A stretch of 64,000 bases of DNA from a virus, in the IMG/VR virus record IMGVR_UViG_3300044980_000010, positions 39,947 to 103,946 of that record. The stretch is one strand, 5' to 3'. Under the pieces are notes generated by a model that searched no databases, was not told the origin of the DNA, and saw nothing but the letters and a program-made list of their open reading frames with translations. Each line of letters begins with the position of its first letter. The first letter of the stretch is position 1. A program made the position numbers and the translations under genes. Below, one piece after another: positions 60,956 to 64,000 of the stretch.

Positions 60956-63571
60956 ATGCCCGAACTTGTGAAACAACTGCGTGCGCTTGATTTGAGCACA
61001 CTGCAACCTCATCTCAATGTGACTGTTATCCATGATGAGGCAGGACTGCTGTTGCTGAAGGATTACATCGCTCGTAAAAGAGCGAAGGGAGATTTTGCAC
61101 TGGGCCTCGATACTGAGACCAACATGTGCGACGACTTCTGGTTTCGACGTGTACGTACAATCCAGATTGGTGATCGAGAAGAGCAGTTCGTAATCGACCT
61201 CTTGAGTTTTGCGAAGACCAAAGAAAGATTGATGGCTACGCAGGGAGAATACGGCGTTAACTGCGCCGGGGTGTACGATGCGATCTTTGCTGTGCTTGAC
61301 CCAGTGTTGTGCGGCGACGAGTTCCTGAAAGTTGGGCAGAACCTTTCATTTGAGTACATGGTGTTCTGGTTCAACTTTGGAAAACGCATCTGGCATCTGT
61401 ACTCGACAGATTTTGCAGAGCGCGTGATTCAAGCTGGCACGATCTCTCTGAAGAAGATGGCTGAGTTCTCCATGGCGTCTATCGCCGCTCGTCACTTTGG
61501 CCTGCTGATCGACAAGACCGAGCAGGAAGGTTTCGATCTGGAAACCCCGCTGACTCAGAAGCAGATCGACTACGCTGCATTCGACGTTCGCTTTCCTCAC
61601 GCCATGCGTCAGGCACAAGTGAACATTATGACTGCGGACCAACTGCTCACTACCGCGCAGATCGAGAACGATGCGCTGGGCACGTTCGCAGACATGCATC
61701 TCAACGGTCAGAACTTGGACGACGAACGCTGGAAGCTGCGTATTCAGCACACAGTGGAGCGCCGCGTCGAAGAGTTAAAGATTCTCGATGCTGGGTTCAT
61801 GCCTATTGTGGGCAACAAGCACAACCAAATCGACGAGCCGGAGATCGAACGGCGTTACAAGCATTGGAAGGAAGACTTCGAGTTGCCAACGCAGCAAGAA
61901 GTTGACCTTGCTGCCCAGAAACGACTGGAACCAGACAAAACGAAGAAGGCCGAGATTGGCTTGCTCTTGAAGGCAGAGGAAAAGAAACGCGCCGCCGAGA
62001 AAGCAAAAGCCCGTGAGTCGTACAGCGAACTCAGCAAGGCTCGCACCAAAGTGAACAACAAGTTGGAGTCGTGCGAGGGCGAAGCCTACATCAACTACGA
62101 CTCACGAGATCAGTTGCTCGCGGCATTGCAACAGATGCTGGGAATGCGAACGATCAAGGACACGACGGACGATACGCTGCTGCGTTTCAACGACCGACCG
62201 TTGATCCAGACTCTCAGAAAATACAAGAAGGGAAAAAAGGATACAGGCACCTACGGGTTGCAGTGGACTCAGCGTTGGATTACGAAGCCTCTGTCAAAAG
62301 AAGGCTGGCGTCACCCAATCGACGGTCGCCTGCATTGTTTGTTCAATCAGCTTGAGGCTGAAACCGGACGCACATCTTCATCGAAGCCTAACGCGCAGAA
62401 CTTGCCGAAGGACGATGAGGTTCGCGCATGTTTCATCTGCGATCCTCCAAACCCCCTGATTCGTGTTTCTGTATGCCACGATGCGGACACGTATTTGGTC
62501 GATAGCAAGTACACTTGCACAGTGTGTAAGGAATACTGCGATACCAAAGACGAAGAGATGTGTATCGTCACGTGCGACATGTCTGGTGCCGAACTCCGCA
62601 TCATTGCGGAACTGGCGCAAGCTAAGACATGGATTATGGCCTTCAACAAGGGCTGGGACGTTCACTCTGTTTCCACGGAGATTCTGGAGCCGGAGAAGTG
62701 GCCTGCACTTGCTTGCAAAGGTGGAGAGAAGTTCTTCGACAAGGAGAAGGGCAAAGAAGTGACTTTGCCGCCCTGCGCCTACTATGCCTTAGATGGCAAC
62801 GGCGAGATGAAGCGGCAGAAGTGCAAGTGCCCTGAGCACGGAGAACTGCGCCAGAAAACAAAGTCCATCAACTTCCTACTGTGCTACGGTGGTGGTCCTG
62901 ATGCGCTGGCTGATGAACTTGGGATCACCGTAGACGCTGCAAAAGAACTGATGCGCCAGCACGAGGTGGCATTCCCCGATGTCTGGGGATACCTAGAACG
63001 TTCTGGTCGTCTGGCTCAACAAGAAAAGCAAGCGCGTGACATGTTTGGTCGCCGCCGCTCATTCCCAACTCCTACCGAGGAGATGGCGAAGGAGTGGTTT
63101 GAAGCTGAGAACGAAGAGAAGCTGAGACTGCCGGAGGAATCCGCAGCCCAGAACGTCTTCAACTTCAAAGCTGCTCAGTTGCGCGAGCCTACGAAGGAAG
63201 AGGAATACAAGCTGACGCACCGTTCTCCTGATTACAAGGAGATCAAGTGGGGAATCCGAGCACTCATCGGCTCCATTGGGCGTCGTGGAAAGAATCACTG
63301 CATTCAGGGAACGAATGCATCCATCATCAAACGCGCCATGGGATGTGGTTTTGACAAAGACCACAAGCCTTACTTGTGGCACACACTACCGCAGTTCCGC
63401 GCAAAGGTGCAGAACATGGTTCACGACGAACTGGTCATCGGGTGCCCAAAGAGATTCGGGAAGCTGGTGGCAGAACTCATCGCAGATGCATTCAAACGCG
63501 CTGCTGCTGAGGTCATGCATCAAGTAGTGATGGAAGCTGACTACCACATCGCAAATCGCTGGATGAAATAG
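60956..63571 (+). CDS. polA: Family A DNA polymerase (3'-5' exonuclease plus polymerase)
   Basis: LDTET, GQNLSFE, YAAFD; ETGRTSSSKPNAQN, DMSGAELR, R..K..NF...YG, NHCIQGT, VHDE. Confidence 0.93.
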   Translation: MPELVKQLRALDLSTLQPHLNVTVIHDEAGLLLLKDYIARKRAKGDFALGLDTETNMCDDFWFRRVRTIQIGDREEQFVIDLLSFAKTKERLMATQGEYGVNCAGVYDAIFAVLDPVLCGDEFLKVGQNLSFEYMVFWFNFGKRIWHLYSTDFAERVIQAGTISLKKMAEFSMASIAARHFGLLIDKTEQEGFDLETPLTQKQIDYAAFDVRFPHAMRQAQVNIMTADQLLTTAQIENDALGTFADMHLNGQNLDDERWKLRIQHTVERRVEELKILDAGFMPIVGNKHNQIDEPEIERRYKHWKEDFELPTQQEVDLAAQKRLEPDKTKKAEIGLLLKAEEKKRAAEKAKARESYSELSKARTKVNNKLESCEGEAYINYDSRDQLLAALQQMLGMRTIKDTTDDTLLRFNDRPLIQTLRKYKKGKKDTGTYGLQWTQRWITKPLSKEGWRHPIDGRLHCLFNQLEAETGRTSSSKPNAQNLPKDDEVRACFICDPPNPLIRVSVCHDADTYLVDSKYTCTVCKEYCDTKDEEMCIVTCDMSGAELRIIAELAQAKTWIMAFNKGWDVHSVSTEILEPEKWPALACKGGEKFFDKEKGKEVTLPPCAYYALDGNGEMKRQKCKCPEHGELRQKTKSINFLLCYGGGPDALADELGITVDAAKELMRQHEVAFPDVWGYLERSGRLAQQEKQARDMFGRRRSFPTPTEEMAKEWFEAENEEKLRLPEESAAQNVFNFKAAQLREPTKEEEYKLTHRSPDYKEIKWGIRALIGSIGRRGKNHCIQGTNASIIKRAMGCGFDKDHKPYLWHTLPQFRAKVQNMVHDELVIGCPKRFGKLVAELIADAFKRAAAEVMHQVVMEADYHIANRWMK

Positions 63572-63578
63572 GAGACCC

Positions 63579-63818
63579 ATGGCCTACGTAAACTGCGCTC
63601 AATGCCCAGCACAAGCCTTCTCAACGGGAAGGTTTGTGTATCTGGGGTATTTGGAAGAGTTCCTTTGCATCTCAAAGCACAAGACCTACATCGAGAAGGA
63701 GAACCATGTCGAACGAGACTCAGTACCGGACGGAAGAGAGGGCATTGAAGGTGTTCCACAGCGATCTGGAGACGAAGCAACACTGGATCAGCCACGAGTT
63801 AGTGGCGCAGGCGATTAA
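63579..63818 (+). CDS. Small hypothetical Cys-containing protein
   Basis: AGGAG RBS; CAQC; overlaps the next ORF. Confidence 0.4.
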   Translation: MAYVNCAQCPAQAFSTGRFVYLGYLEEFLCISKHKTYIEKENHVERDSVPDGREGIEGVPQRSGDEATLDQPRVSGAGD

Positions 63819-64000
63819 CACCATCGCCGGAGTCTGCCGCGTAGAGGGCGACAAGTGGTACTACGATGCACTGAGAAACCCTTTGCCTCGTCCTCGACCG
63901 TTCGATCAACGCGCAGCACTCATCCACAGCGAAATCTCAGAAGCCTTCGAGGGGTGGCGTAAGGATTTGATGGACGAACACCTGCCTCATCGCAAAGCCA
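63706..64000 (+). CDS. MazG-like NTP pyrophosphohydrolase (3' truncated by window)
   Basis: Hand-translated ...ALIHSEISEAFEGWRKDLMDEHLPHR; AAGGAG RBS. Confidence 0.75.
   Translation, partial: MSNETQYRTEERALKVFHSDLETKQHWISHELVAQAINTIAGVCRVEGDKWYYDALRNPLPRPRPFDQRAALIHSEISEAFEGWRKDLMDEHLPHRKA

Noticed and set aside
1-64000. CRISPR array, integrase/att site, DGR or retron reverse transcriptase, introns or inteins
   Set aside because: No repeat-spacer periodicity or recombinase/RT motifs seen; terL and polA read uninterrupted
1-64000. Stop-codon recoding
   Set aside because: Long genes are intact under code 11, TAA, TAG and TGA all end genes, and there is no suppressor tRNA

Overview
About 64 kb of a tailed dsDNA phage genome, probably podovirus-like: portal, scaffold, capsid, adaptor, nozzle and three ejection-type proteins are present, with no sheath or tape measure. 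No integrase or CRISPR array is visible. Plus-strand replication and metabolism genes lie at both ends (RecA C-terminus, HD and HAD nucleotidases, lysozyme, ClpB-D2-like ATPase, Acb2/Tad1-like fusion, family A DNA polymerase, MazG-like gene). A minus-strand arm (10.4-60.3 kb) carries the morphogenesis genes, three GT31-type glycosyltransferases, GroES, a T5 A1-like nuclease, homing endonucleases and two tRNA clusters (9 tRNAs). The most unusual content is non-coding. (1) A (G/A)ACTCA motif sits between the Shine-Dalgarno and start codon of 10 late-arm genes, and a tandem-hairpin RNA at 42.9-43.1 kb has two 9-nt apical loops that are the exact antisense of that motif; this is a candidate phage-encoded multi-target translational regulon. 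(2) A circularly permuted tRNA-like RNA (YrlA/Y-RNA-like) lies at 59.8-59.9 kb. (3) A roughly 470-nt ornate RNA follows tRNA-Asn. (4) An array of structured RNAs is punctuated by AAAGUUU. All calls come from manual motif recognition and hand folding; no searches were run.
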